A stretch of 64,000 bases of DNA from Candidatus Palauibacter sp. (GTDB lineage: Bacteria; Gemmatimonadota; Gemmatimonadetes; Palauibacterales; Palauibacteraceae), in NCBI RefSeq assembly GCF_965216145.1, contig NZ_OZ244149.1, forward strand, positions 417,011 to 481,010, in the 5' to 3' direction. The first letter of the stretch is position 1; every line of letters starts with the position of its first letter. The notes beneath the pieces are model-generated. The model was given only the letters and a program-made list of their open reading frames with translations. It was not told where the DNA came from and did no database searches. A program made the translations under genes and the position numbers. Shown piece by piece: positions 48,613 through 56,701 of the stretch.

Positions 48613-49009
48613 CACGAATCACGGGCGATCCGGCGGGCGGCGACCCGCCTGGCCCGCATACCTCGAGCCGCTGCGGCCGGACCAACTCACGCGGCGCCGG
48701 CTGCGCCGGAACGTGATGGCCGCGGCGGGGGCGCTGCTGGAGCGACGGCCGCTCTCGTGGATCGACATCACCGCCAGTTGGTCGGCGGCTCTGACACCGA
48801 TCGCGGCGGGCCTGCTGGTCGCCGCCGGGGTGCTGGCCTATCGCGCCTCGGGACCGGCCGCACCGGCGGTCGTCGCAGAAGCGGAGGCGGAGTCGGTCGG
48901 GCTGGTGCGCTCGCTGGCGCCGGACGCAGAGGCGCCGCCCGCGTTGCTGATCGACCTCGTAGAGCCGAGCCGGGACGCGGTGCTCACGGCCGCGCTCATC
49001 AACCCCTAG
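48605..49009 (+). CDS. Putative membrane anti-sigma factor
   Basis: Start overlaps the sigma gene stop; one hydrophobic helix (LTPIAAGLLVAAGVLAY); position conserved for anti-sigma partners. Confidence 0.45.
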   Translation: MSSTNHGRSGGRRPAWPAYLEPLRPDQLTRRRLRRNVMAAAGALLERRPLSWIDITASWSAALTPIAAGLLVAAGVLAYRASGPAAPAVVAEAEAESVGLVRSLAPDAEAPPALLIDLVEPSRDAVLTAALINP

Positions 49010-49040
49010 CACGCTGAAACGCGATTACGGCCGGGTGCGT

Positions 49041-49502
49041 ATGGACACTTCAAGATTCCGGGCGATGCTGCTGCTGGGCGTCATCTTCGCGGCGGGCGCC
49101 GTGGTCGGCGTCGCGGTCGACCGGCTCGATCTCTTCACTGGCGGAGCCGCGGCCGATGAGCCGGCGGACACCGCCACTTCCGAGTCGGAGGAAAGTGACG
49201 GAGAGCGGCGCGGACGGCAGACGACGATCGAGGCCTTCGCGGACGAACTCGGCCTCACGGCCGATCAGCGGACGCAGATCGAGGCTTACCTGGACCATTT
49301 CCGGGGGGGTGCGAGGATGCTGCAGCAGGAGGTCCGCCCGCGGTACCGCGCACTCATGGATTCGGTCCGGACGGAGATCGAATCGGTGCTCACCGACGAG
49401 CAGGTCGAGGGGTACCGGGAACTGCTGAGGCAGCGCTACAGCGGTGGACGGGAGCGAGAGCCCGGTCGGTCGGGCAACGAGAACCCGGAGTCGGACAGCT
49501 GA
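49041..49502 (+). CDS. Periplasmic LTXXQ-motif protein (Spy/CpxP-like)
   Basis: Signal-like N-terminus plus two LTXXQ-type motifs (LTADQRTQIEAY, LTDEQVEGYREL). Confidence 0.5.
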   Translation: MDTSRFRAMLLLGVIFAAGAVVGVAVDRLDLFTGGAAADEPADTATSESEESDGERRGRQTTIEAFADELGLTADQRTQIEAYLDHFRGGARMLQQEVRPRYRALMDSVRTEIESVLTDEQVEGYRELLRQRYSGGREREPGRSGNENPESDS

Positions 49503-49551
49503 GAGACGGCTGACACTGCGAAAAACCAGCCCCTCCGGGGGCGAGGAAACG

Positions 49552-50910
49552 ATGATCACTCTACATAGATCGGGACCCGAAGGCCGGCGCTGCGCCGGTC
49601 TTCGTCGATGGGGGTTCGCCCTGCTGCCGGGGATTCTGTTCGCCTCGGCCATGCCAACCGGGACGGCCGTCGCGCAGGTACAGGCGACCGACGACGTCCG
49701 CGCGATCACGGTCGACGAGGCCGTGGAGATCGCACTCCGCCGCAACCCCACGCTGCTTCAGGCCTACTCGTCGATCGAGATGGCGGAGCACAACCGGCTG
49801 AGCGCCTTTGGTTCGTTGCTGCCGTCGCTCAACATGAGCTTCGGCTATCAGAATTCGTCCACGGGCCGCCTCGATCCGCTCGGCGAGGGGATCGTGGCGA
49901 CGAGCTACTCCACGCGGCTCAACGCCTCCTACAACCTGTTCAACGGCTGGAGCCGCTTCACGGACCTCAAGGGCGCGCGGCTCGGCGTCGTCGAGCAGAA
50001 CGCCCGCTACCGCGAGGTCGAGTTTCAGGTCATCCAGCAGGTGAAGCAGGAGTACGCGGCGACCGTGGCCGCGCGTGAACTCGTCGCGGTCGAGGAACGC
50101 CGCGTCCAGCGGGCGGCCGACCAGCTCGAATTCGTGCGGCAGCAGCTGGAACTGGGGCGGGCGACGCGCTCGGACTCCCTTCGCTCTCAGGTTGATCTCA
50201 ACAACGCGCGACTCGCGCTCCTCAACGCGGAGAACGACGTGCGCACGACGATCTTCCGGCTCGCGGCAGTCGTGGGGTCGGAGACGCTGATCGGACCGAC
50301 CGCCGAGGCGGAACTCGCCGGGACGCCGATCCCCTACACCCGCGACGAGCTGTTCGCGATGGCGGATGTGACGGCGCCCGCCCTGCAGGCCGCCTCCGCG
50401 GCCGTCGAGGCCGCCGAGGCGTCGGTATCAAGCGCGCGCTCCAGCTACCTGCCCTCGATCAACGTCGGCGGCGGCTGGGGCTGGTCGAACCAGGAGTTCC
50501 CCCCGAGCAATCGCTCGTGGCAGTTCTCGTTGAGCGGCTCCTACCCGCTCTTCAACGGCTTCCAGCGCGAGACCCAGGTGTTCCGGGCCCGGTCGCAGGC
50601 GGACCAGGCCCAACAGTCGGAGCGGGCGGCCCGGCTCAACCTGAGTTCGCAACTCGACGCGGCGTACGCGACATCCCAGTCCGCCCTCGCGGGCGTGGAC
50701 CTCGCGGCACAGAACGTCGAACTCAGCGAGGAGAGCCTGCGGGTGGTCCAGGAACGGTACCGGCTCGGTCTCGCCACCATCCTCGAACTGCAGGACGCGC
50801 AGATCACGCTCACGCAGGCGGAGGTCGACCTCGTCACGCGGCGCTTCGAGTATGAGGTCGCGGTCTCGGCGATCGAAGCCCTTCTCGGCCGGAGACTCGA
50901 CCAGCCGTAA
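49552..50910 (+). CDS. TolC-family outer-membrane efflux protein
   Basis: Start at internal ATG (MITLHRSGPEGRR...). Signal peptide and two repeated helical/beta halves with typical TolC patterns (SYLPSINVGGGWGW ... LFNGFQRE). Confidence 0.7.
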   Translation: MITLHRSGPEGRRCAGLRRWGFALLPGILFASAMPTGTAVAQVQATDDVRAITVDEAVEIALRRNPTLLQAYSSIEMAEHNRLSAFGSLLPSLNMSFGYQNSSTGRLDPLGEGIVATSYSTRLNASYNLFNGWSRFTDLKGARLGVVEQNARYREVEFQVIQQVKQEYAATVAARELVAVEERRVQRAADQLEFVRQQLELGRATRSDSLRSQVDLNNARLALLNAENDVRTTIFRLAAVVGSETLIGPTAEAELAGTPIPYTRDELFAMADVTAPALQAASAAVEAAEASVSSARSSYLPSINVGGGWGWSNQEFPPSNRSWQFSLSGSYPLFNGFQRETQVFRARSQADQAQQSERAARLNLSSQLDAAYATSQSALAGVDLAAQNVELSEESLRVVQERYRLGLATILELQDAQITLTQAEVDLVTRRFEYEVAVSAIEALLGRRLDQP

Positions 50911-51050
50911 CGAGCGGTCCGGCCGAACGGACCGCGGACGGCCGAACTGTTCAACGTCCCGCTGGCTCCGGGTGTCGTGTCAAGCGTGTTCGTCGGCACC
51001 CGCAGCCGCCGGATTGTCTTGAAGTTTACCTGACACGAGACGAGATCCCG

Positions 51051-52523
51051 ATGTCCATGACGCAACGCTGCTCCCGGCGCTCCGCGCCCCTTGCCGCGGT
51101 CTTCGGCGCCCTGGCCGTCGTGGCCTCGGGTTGCGCGATCGGCGAGGCCAACGAGCCTGAGCAGACCCTCCAGGCGCTGAGCGCGTCCCGCCAGACGATC
51201 ATCTCGAGCGTCGAGGCGACGGGCACGATCGAGCCGATCCGCGTGATCGAGGTCAAGTCGCAGGCGGGTGGCGAGGTGCTCGAACTTCCCGTCGAACTTG
51301 GTGACAACGTCGAGCAGGGAACGCTCCTCGTGCGGATCGATCCACGCGACGTGAACAACGCGTTCGCCCAGGCGGAAGCGGACCTCGACGTGGCTCTGGC
51401 GCAGAACGAGGTCGCGCAGCTGCAGCTGGAACGCATCACCACGCTGCACGATTCGGACATCGTCACGGCGGAGGAACTCGAGAACGCGACGCTCTCGGCG
51501 GCCACCGCGAGAGCCTCGCTCGTGCGCGCCCGGACGAACCTCGAGCTCGCGGAGGACAAGCTCGACGACGTCACGCTGCGGGCACCGATCACCGGGACGA
51601 TCGTGGAACGGACGCTCGAAGAGGGTCAGGTCGTCACGGGGACGCGTGATCTGACGGGTGGCACGGTGCTCATGCGCATGGCCGACCTCAACGAGGTGCA
51701 GGTGCGCACGCTCGTGGATGAGACGGACATCGGGCGCCTCGAGCGGGGGCTCCCGGCCAACATCACGGTCGAAGCCTACCCCAACCGGACGTTCCGGGGA
51801 TCGGTCCTAAAGATCGAACCGCAAGCCGTCGTCGAGCAGAACGTGACCATGTTCGCGGTGTTGACGCGGATCTCGAACGATGAGGATCTGCTGCGGCCGG
51901 GGATGAACGCGGATGTCGAGGTCGTGATCGGGCGCCAGGAAGGCGTGCTGGCCGTCGCGAACAGCGGGATCAAGTCCCAGCAGGAGGCCGCCCAGATTGT
52001 CCGCGCCCTCGAGATCGACGCCGATGTGAACGCCCTCATCACCGATCTCCGCGAGCAGAATCGGCCGCCGGAGCCCCTGGAGACGGCGGACGGAACGACG
52101 GCCGAGGCGGACGGCGAGGCCGAGGAGGAACCCGAGATCGGCGGCGTGCCGATGTCCGAGTTCCAGTCGATGTCGCAGCAGGAGCGGATGCGGGTGATCC
52201 AGAACCTGTCCGCGGAAGACCGCGGCCGCCTGATGCAGCAGTTCCGCGGCGGCGGGCCCGGTGGGGCCGGCGGCGGGGCCGGCGACCCCCGGCGACGGCC
52301 GGATGAGCCGCGGCCCGCGTTCGTGTTCAAGTACGACGAGATGGGCGCCCTCACCGTCAAGGCCGTCATGATCGGGCTCAGCGACTTCGACCACACACAG
52401 ATCGTGCAGGGACTCGAGGAGGGCGAGGAGATCGTGGCGGTTCCCCTCTCCCTCATCCAGCAGCAGGAGTTCCTGAATCGGATCCGCAGCAGGTCGGCGC
52501 TGCCGGGCGTCGGCGGAAGGTGA
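51051..52523 (+). CDS. Efflux transporter periplasmic adaptor subunit (HlyD/MFP family)
   Basis: Lipoprotein-like N-terminus, ATGTIEPIRVIEVKSQAGGEV (barrel-sandwich hybrid), coiled-coil hairpin, RAPITGTIVER. Confidence 0.75.
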   Translation: MSMTQRCSRRSAPLAAVFGALAVVASGCAIGEANEPEQTLQALSASRQTIISSVEATGTIEPIRVIEVKSQAGGEVLELPVELGDNVEQGTLLVRIDPRDVNNAFAQAEADLDVALAQNEVAQLQLERITTLHDSDIVTAEELENATLSAATARASLVRARTNLELAEDKLDDVTLRAPITGTIVERTLEEGQVVTGTRDLTGGTVLMRMADLNEVQVRTLVDETDIGRLERGLPANITVEAYPNRTFRGSVLKIEPQAVVEQNVTMFAVLTRISNDEDLLRPGMNADVEVVIGRQEGVLAVANSGIKSQQEAAQIVRALEIDADVNALITDLREQNRPPEPLETADGTTAEADGEAEEEPEIGGVPMSEFQSMSQQERMRVIQNLSAEDRGRLMQQFRGGGPGGAGGGAGDPRRRPDEPRPAFVFKYDEMGALTVKAVMIGLSDFDHTQIVQGLEEGEEIVAVPLSLIQQQEFLNRIRSRSALPGVGGR

Positions 52524-52533
52524 CGAGGACCGC

Positions 52534-53745
52534 ATGATCTTCTTCGAGGTGCTTCGCGTGGCCATGGACGCGATCCGGGCCAACAAGCTGCGCTCGTTCC
52601 TGACGATGCTCGGGATCGTCATCGGCGTGGGGGCCGTCATCACGATGGTGGCGCTCGGCGAGGGCGCACAGCGTCAGGTCGAGCAGCAGATCGCCTCCCT
52701 GGGGACGAACGTGCTCACGGTTCGCGCCGGACAGGGGATGTTCCGCGGCGTACGGGGCGGCTCGAGTTCGCGCCTCACGGCCGACGACGTGGAAGCGGTG
52801 CGAAACGGGGCCCCCGCGCTGGTCCAGATCGCGCCCGAGATGCAGGGGCAGTTGCAGGTTCAGTACGGACGCAACAACGCGAACGTCCGCATCCTCGGCA
52901 CGACGCCGAACTATGCCGAAGTCGGCAACTATACGGTCGCCCTGGGCAGGTTCTTCGACGAATCGGAGAACCAGGGACGGCGGAGGGTCGCGGTGCTCGG
53001 GGGGGCGGTTCCGACAGTCCTGGGCACGGACCCGGCCGAACTCGTCGGCCGCTCGATCTCGATCCGGAACATCAGGTTCGAGGTCGTGGGCGTTCTGGAG
53101 GAGAAGGGCGGGCAGAGCTGGTTCAACGAAGACGAGCAGATCTTCGTCCCGCTCCAGACGGCGCAGTTCCGGCTCCTCGGGACGGACCGGGTGAACCAGT
53201 TCAAGGTCGTCGTCGAGAGCGAGGCCGCGATTCCCATCGCGATGGTGCAGATCGAGGACGTGCTCCGGCGAGAGCACCGTCTGCCCCTCGGGCGGGCGAA
53301 CGATTTCTTCATCTCCGACAGCGCGCAGTTTCTCCAGGCGGCGGAGGAAACGACCCAGACCTTCACCATGCTGCTGGCGGGCATCGCCGCCGTCAGTCTT
53401 CTCGTCGGCGGGATCGGCATCATGAACATCATGCTGGTGTCGGTCACCGAGCGGACGAAGGAGATCGGCGTCCGCAAGGCGCTCGGCGCCACGCGGAGCG
53501 CGGTCATGCTCCAGTTCCTGTTCGAAGCCACCACGCTCTGCGTGACGGGCGGGATCCTGGGCGTCGGCTTCGCGTACGGCGCGGCGGAGATCCTCTCGCG
53601 CTCGGCCGGCTGGACGATGGCGATCGCTCCGGAGGCGATCGGGCTTGCGGTGGTGTTCGCGGCCGTGGTCGGCGTGTTCTTCGGCATCTGGCCGGCTCGC
53701 CGCGCCGCGCGGCTCGATCCGATCGTGGCGCTGCGGTACGAATAG
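52534..53745 (+). CDS. ABC transporter permease (MacB-like periplasmic domain + FtsX)
   Basis: N-terminal transmembrane helix, periplasmic core, C-terminal FtsX four-helix region (GIGIMNIMLVSVTERTKEIGVRKALGA). No ATPase gene adjacent. Confidence 0.8.
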   Translation: MIFFEVLRVAMDAIRANKLRSFLTMLGIVIGVGAVITMVALGEGAQRQVEQQIASLGTNVLTVRAGQGMFRGVRGGSSSRLTADDVEAVRNGAPALVQIAPEMQGQLQVQYGRNNANVRILGTTPNYAEVGNYTVALGRFFDESENQGRRRVAVLGGAVPTVLGTDPAELVGRSISIRNIRFEVVGVLEEKGGQSWFNEDEQIFVPLQTAQFRLLGTDRVNQFKVVVESEAAIPIAMVQIEDVLRREHRLPLGRANDFFISDSAQFLQAAEETTQTFTMLLAGIAAVSLLVGGIGIMNIMLVSVTERTKEIGVRKALGATRSAVMLQFLFEATTLCVTGGILGVGFAYGAAEILSRSAGWTMAIAPEAIGLAVVFAAVVGVFFGIWPARRAARLDPIVALRYE

Positions 53746-53896
53746 CCCGCTTCCCGCGCCGCTTCTTCCGGCCACCTCTCCCCGCGGCGGGATTGGCGGT
53801 ACGTCGCGGGCGGACGTATGGTCCCGGCGTGAGCCCTGACACCCGCGCGGGCCTTGCCCCGGGGTGTTTATTCAACCCGGTCCCGGACGCAATCGA

Positions 53897-54406
53897 ATGA
53901 GCGTTCCGCTGAGAGAACTGCCCGACACCGCCCGTCTCTGGATCTACGGGACGGACCGTCCGCTGTCGGACGGGGAGCGCGAGGCGCTCGTGGGCGACCT
54001 GCGCGCGTTCGTCGACGTGTGGACGGCCCACGGGGCGGCGCTCCGCGCCGGCGTGGAGTGGGTCGAGGGGCGCTTCGCGGTCATCGCCGTGGACGAGGCT
54101 TCGGCGCCGGCCTCGGGGTGCTCGATCGATGCCATGGTGCGGCGGCTCGCCGCGCTCGAGGCGCGGCTCGCCTGCTCGCTGCTCGACGGCACGCGCGTGT
54201 TTTATCGCGGCGAGTCCGGCGAGATCGTGGGGTGCGCCCGGGCCGCGTTCCGGGCCCGGGCGGCGGCCGGCCAGGTCGACGATTCGACCGCGGTCTTCGA
54301 TCCCACCATCGAGACGCTCGCGGAACTGCGTGCGGGCGACCTGGAGCGGCCGGCCTCCCGCTCCTGGCATCGACGGCTCGTGGACCGGCCGGACGGACGG
54401 TCCTGA
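53897..54406 (+). CDS. Hypothetical protein
   Basis: Start at internal ATG (MSVPLRELPD...); clean ORF directly upstream of the patatin-like gene; no family recognised. Confidence 0.45.
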   Translation: MSVPLRELPDTARLWIYGTDRPLSDGEREALVGDLRAFVDVWTAHGAALRAGVEWVEGRFAVIAVDEASAPASGCSIDAMVRRLAALEARLACSLLDGTRVFYRGESGEIVGCARAAFRARAAAGQVDDSTAVFDPTIETLAELRAGDLERPASRSWHRRLVDRPDGRS

Positions 54407-54419
54407 TCCGGGGACCGGT

Positions 54420-55580
54420 GTGACGGGAGGTCCGGGGGGGAGCGCACCGGGCTCGGCGGAGGGGAAGCTGGCCTTCGCCCTCTCCGGGGGAGGTGCCCGG
54501 GCCGCCTACCAGACCGGAGTCCTGTGCCACATCGGCGAGCGGCTGCCCAGGCTGCAGATCCCCCTTCTCACCGGCGTCTCGGCGGGCGCGATCAACGTCG
54601 GGTTCCTCGCCTCCTATCGTGGCGACTTCCGGCAGGCGACGCGGGCCTTGAAGCGGCGCTGGCTGTCGCTGACGACCGAGGAAGTGCTGCGGACGAACCC
54701 GACTTCGCTCCTGAAGGTGGGGATCCGGCTCGGCGGTTCGCTTCTCGGGGGCGGGATCGGACTGAGTCCGCAGTTTCGGAGCCTCGTGGACACCGCGCCG
54801 CTGCGTGAGTTCATCGAGCGCAACCTCGTCGTCGGGGCCATCGGGGAGCGGATAGCGGCGGGCTACGTCGAGGCGATCGGTCTCACGGCGATGTCCTACC
54901 AGACGGGGCGTACCGTGCTCTTCCTCCAGGGGGAATCGAGCGCGCGGCCGTGGCCCGCCACCGCGCGCAACCGGCTCGTGCGGACCGACATCTCGGTCGA
55001 CCACATCCTCGCCTCCGCGTCGATCCCGCTCGTGTTCCCAGCCGTCAAACTGGGGCAGCAGTACTACGGGGACGGCAGCTTTCGCACCGCGGCGCCGCTG
55101 GCGCCCGCCATCCACATGGGCGCGGATCGCATCTTCACGATTTCGGCGCGTTATCGGCGCTCGGAACTGGAGACGAGGCGACCGGACATGGCCGGCTACC
55201 CGCCCCCGGCGCGCGTGCTCGGCCTGCTTCTCAACTCGGTCTTTCTCGACACACTCGACTGGGACGCGGCGGCGTTACGCAGAATCAATCATCTCATCGA
55301 CAGCCTTCCGCCCGAAGTGGCGGAGGAGCAGGGTCTGCGCCACGTCGACCTGCTCATCCTCAGACCCTCCCGCGACATCGGGAGACTCGCACGCCAGTTC
55401 GAGATCGAACTGCCCCCGGCGCTGAGGTTCCTGGTGCGCGGCCTCGGAACGCCACGGGCGAAGAACGCGGATTTCCTCAGCTATCTCCTGTTCGAGAGCG
55501 AATACGTCCGAGCGCTCGTCGAACTCGGGGAAGCCGACGCGGAATCGAACTGGGACCGCATCGAGTCGTTCCTCACCTGA
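54420..55580 (+). CDS. Patatin-like phospholipase
   Basis: LSGGGARAAYQTG (oxyanion Gly-rich), GVSAGA (GxSxG serine), YYGDGS (catalytic Asp of the DG dyad). Start is a GTG by residue arithmetic, 14 nt after the upstream stop. Confidence 0.7.
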   Translation: MTGGPGGSAPGSAEGKLAFALSGGGARAAYQTGVLCHIGERLPRLQIPLLTGVSAGAINVGFLASYRGDFRQATRALKRRWLSLTTEEVLRTNPTSLLKVGIRLGGSLLGGGIGLSPQFRSLVDTAPLREFIERNLVVGAIGERIAAGYVEAIGLTAMSYQTGRTVLFLQGESSARPWPATARNRLVRTDISVDHILASASIPLVFPAVKLGQQYYGDGSFRTAAPLAPAIHMGADRIFTISARYRRSELETRRPDMAGYPPPARVLGLLLNSVFLDTLDWDAAALRRINHLIDSLPPEVAEEQGLRHVDLLILRPSRDIGRLARQFEIELPPALRFLVRGLGTPRAKNADFLSYLLFESEYVRALVELGEADAESNWDRIESFLT

Positions 55581-55588
55581 CCGTGCAC

Positions 55589-56698
55589 GTGAAGATCGTC
55601 CATTTCGCCGACCTTCACCTTGACTCTCCCTTCGCCTGGTGCGAGGCGAGCGGGGACGTGGCCCGTCGGCGGCGCGAGGCGCTGCGCGAGACGCTCCTCG
55701 CGATCACGGCTCTTGCGAGGGATACAGATGCCGACGCGCTCCTCTGCGGCGGCGATCTGTACGAACACGACCGCGTGACGCTGGACACGGAGAAGTTCCT
55801 CCGGCAGACGTTCGCCGGTCTCGACCCGATGCCCGTCTACATCGCTCCGGGCAATCACGACTGGTACGGGCCGACGAGCCTCTATGCGACGGAGGAGTGG
55901 AGCAGCAACGTCCACATCTTTCGCGAAGCGGTTCTGCGCCCCGTCCCGGTCGCACCCGGGATCACGCTCTGGGGCGGCGCGCACTGCGCCCCCGCGAATA
56001 CGGACAACTTTCTCGGCGGCGGCTTCCGGGTGGAGGGGCCGGGCGTCCATCTCGCGCTCTTCCACGGCGCGGAACAGTCGTGGCTCGCCGCGCAGGGAGA
56101 GGGGAAGGTGCCGCACGCCCCCTTCGACACGGCGGACATCCGGACGGCGGGCCTCGACCACGCGTTCCTCGGCCACTATCACCGGCCCGCGGACGGCGCA
56201 CACCACACCTATCCGGGCAATCCCGATCCCCTGCAGTTCGGAGAGGACGGGGAGCGCGGGGCCGTCGTGGCGACGTTCACGGCGGAGGGCGCGGTGGAGT
56301 GCGAACGTCGTGTCGTCGCGATGACGCACGTCCACGACCTCGCACTCGACGTCACGGAGTTCACGAGCCGACAGCAGATTCGAGACACCCTGCGCGAGGT
56401 CGCCGCGGGCCGGGGCGGTCTCGCGCGCCTTACGGTGACCGGGGACCTCGAACCCTCGCTCGATCTTCAGGAGGAAACGATCCGGGAACAGTTGCTCGAG
56501 ACCTTCGAGGCCGTCCAGATCCGAAAATCGGGTCTGCACCTGGCGTACGACCTGGATCAGATCCGCGAGGAACCCACCGTGCGGGGCCAGTTCGTGAGAG
56601 ATGTGATCGGGGCGGATCTGCCGGAGGACGAACGACGCCGCGTGTTGAGGATGGGACTCCGAGCCCTCGACGGGCGGGACGATCTGGAGGTGCTCTGA
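55589..56698 (+). CDS. Metallophosphoesterase, SbcD/Mre11-like nuclease subunit
   Basis: KIVHFADLHLD, GGDLYEH, IAPGNHD, FHGA, GHYHR are calcineurin-like phosphoesterase motifs. GTG start just after the patatin stop. Confidence 0.7.
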   Translation: MKIVHFADLHLDSPFAWCEASGDVARRRREALRETLLAITALARDTDADALLCGGDLYEHDRVTLDTEKFLRQTFAGLDPMPVYIAPGNHDWYGPTSLYATEEWSSNVHIFREAVLRPVPVAPGITLWGGAHCAPANTDNFLGGGFRVEGPGVHLALFHGAEQSWLAAQGEGKVPHAPFDTADIRTAGLDHAFLGHYHRPADGAHHTYPGNPDPLQFGEDGERGAVVATFTAEGAVECERRVVAMTHVHDLALDVTEFTSRQQIRDTLREVAAGRGGLARLTVTGDLEPSLDLQEETIREQLLETFEAVQIRKSGLHLAYDLDQIREEPTVRGQFVRDVIGADLPEDERRRVLRMGLRALDGRDDLEVL

Positions 56699-56701
56699 GC
56701 C

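Noticed and set aside
54129-55588. Long N-terminal extensions of the patatin-like and SbcD-like ORFs (track ORFs 54129..55580 and 54950..56698)
   Set aside because: The extensions overlap upstream genes in other frames and are low complexity; conserved domain starts (GKLAFALSGGG; VKIVHFADLHLD) fix the likely starts just after the upstream stops.
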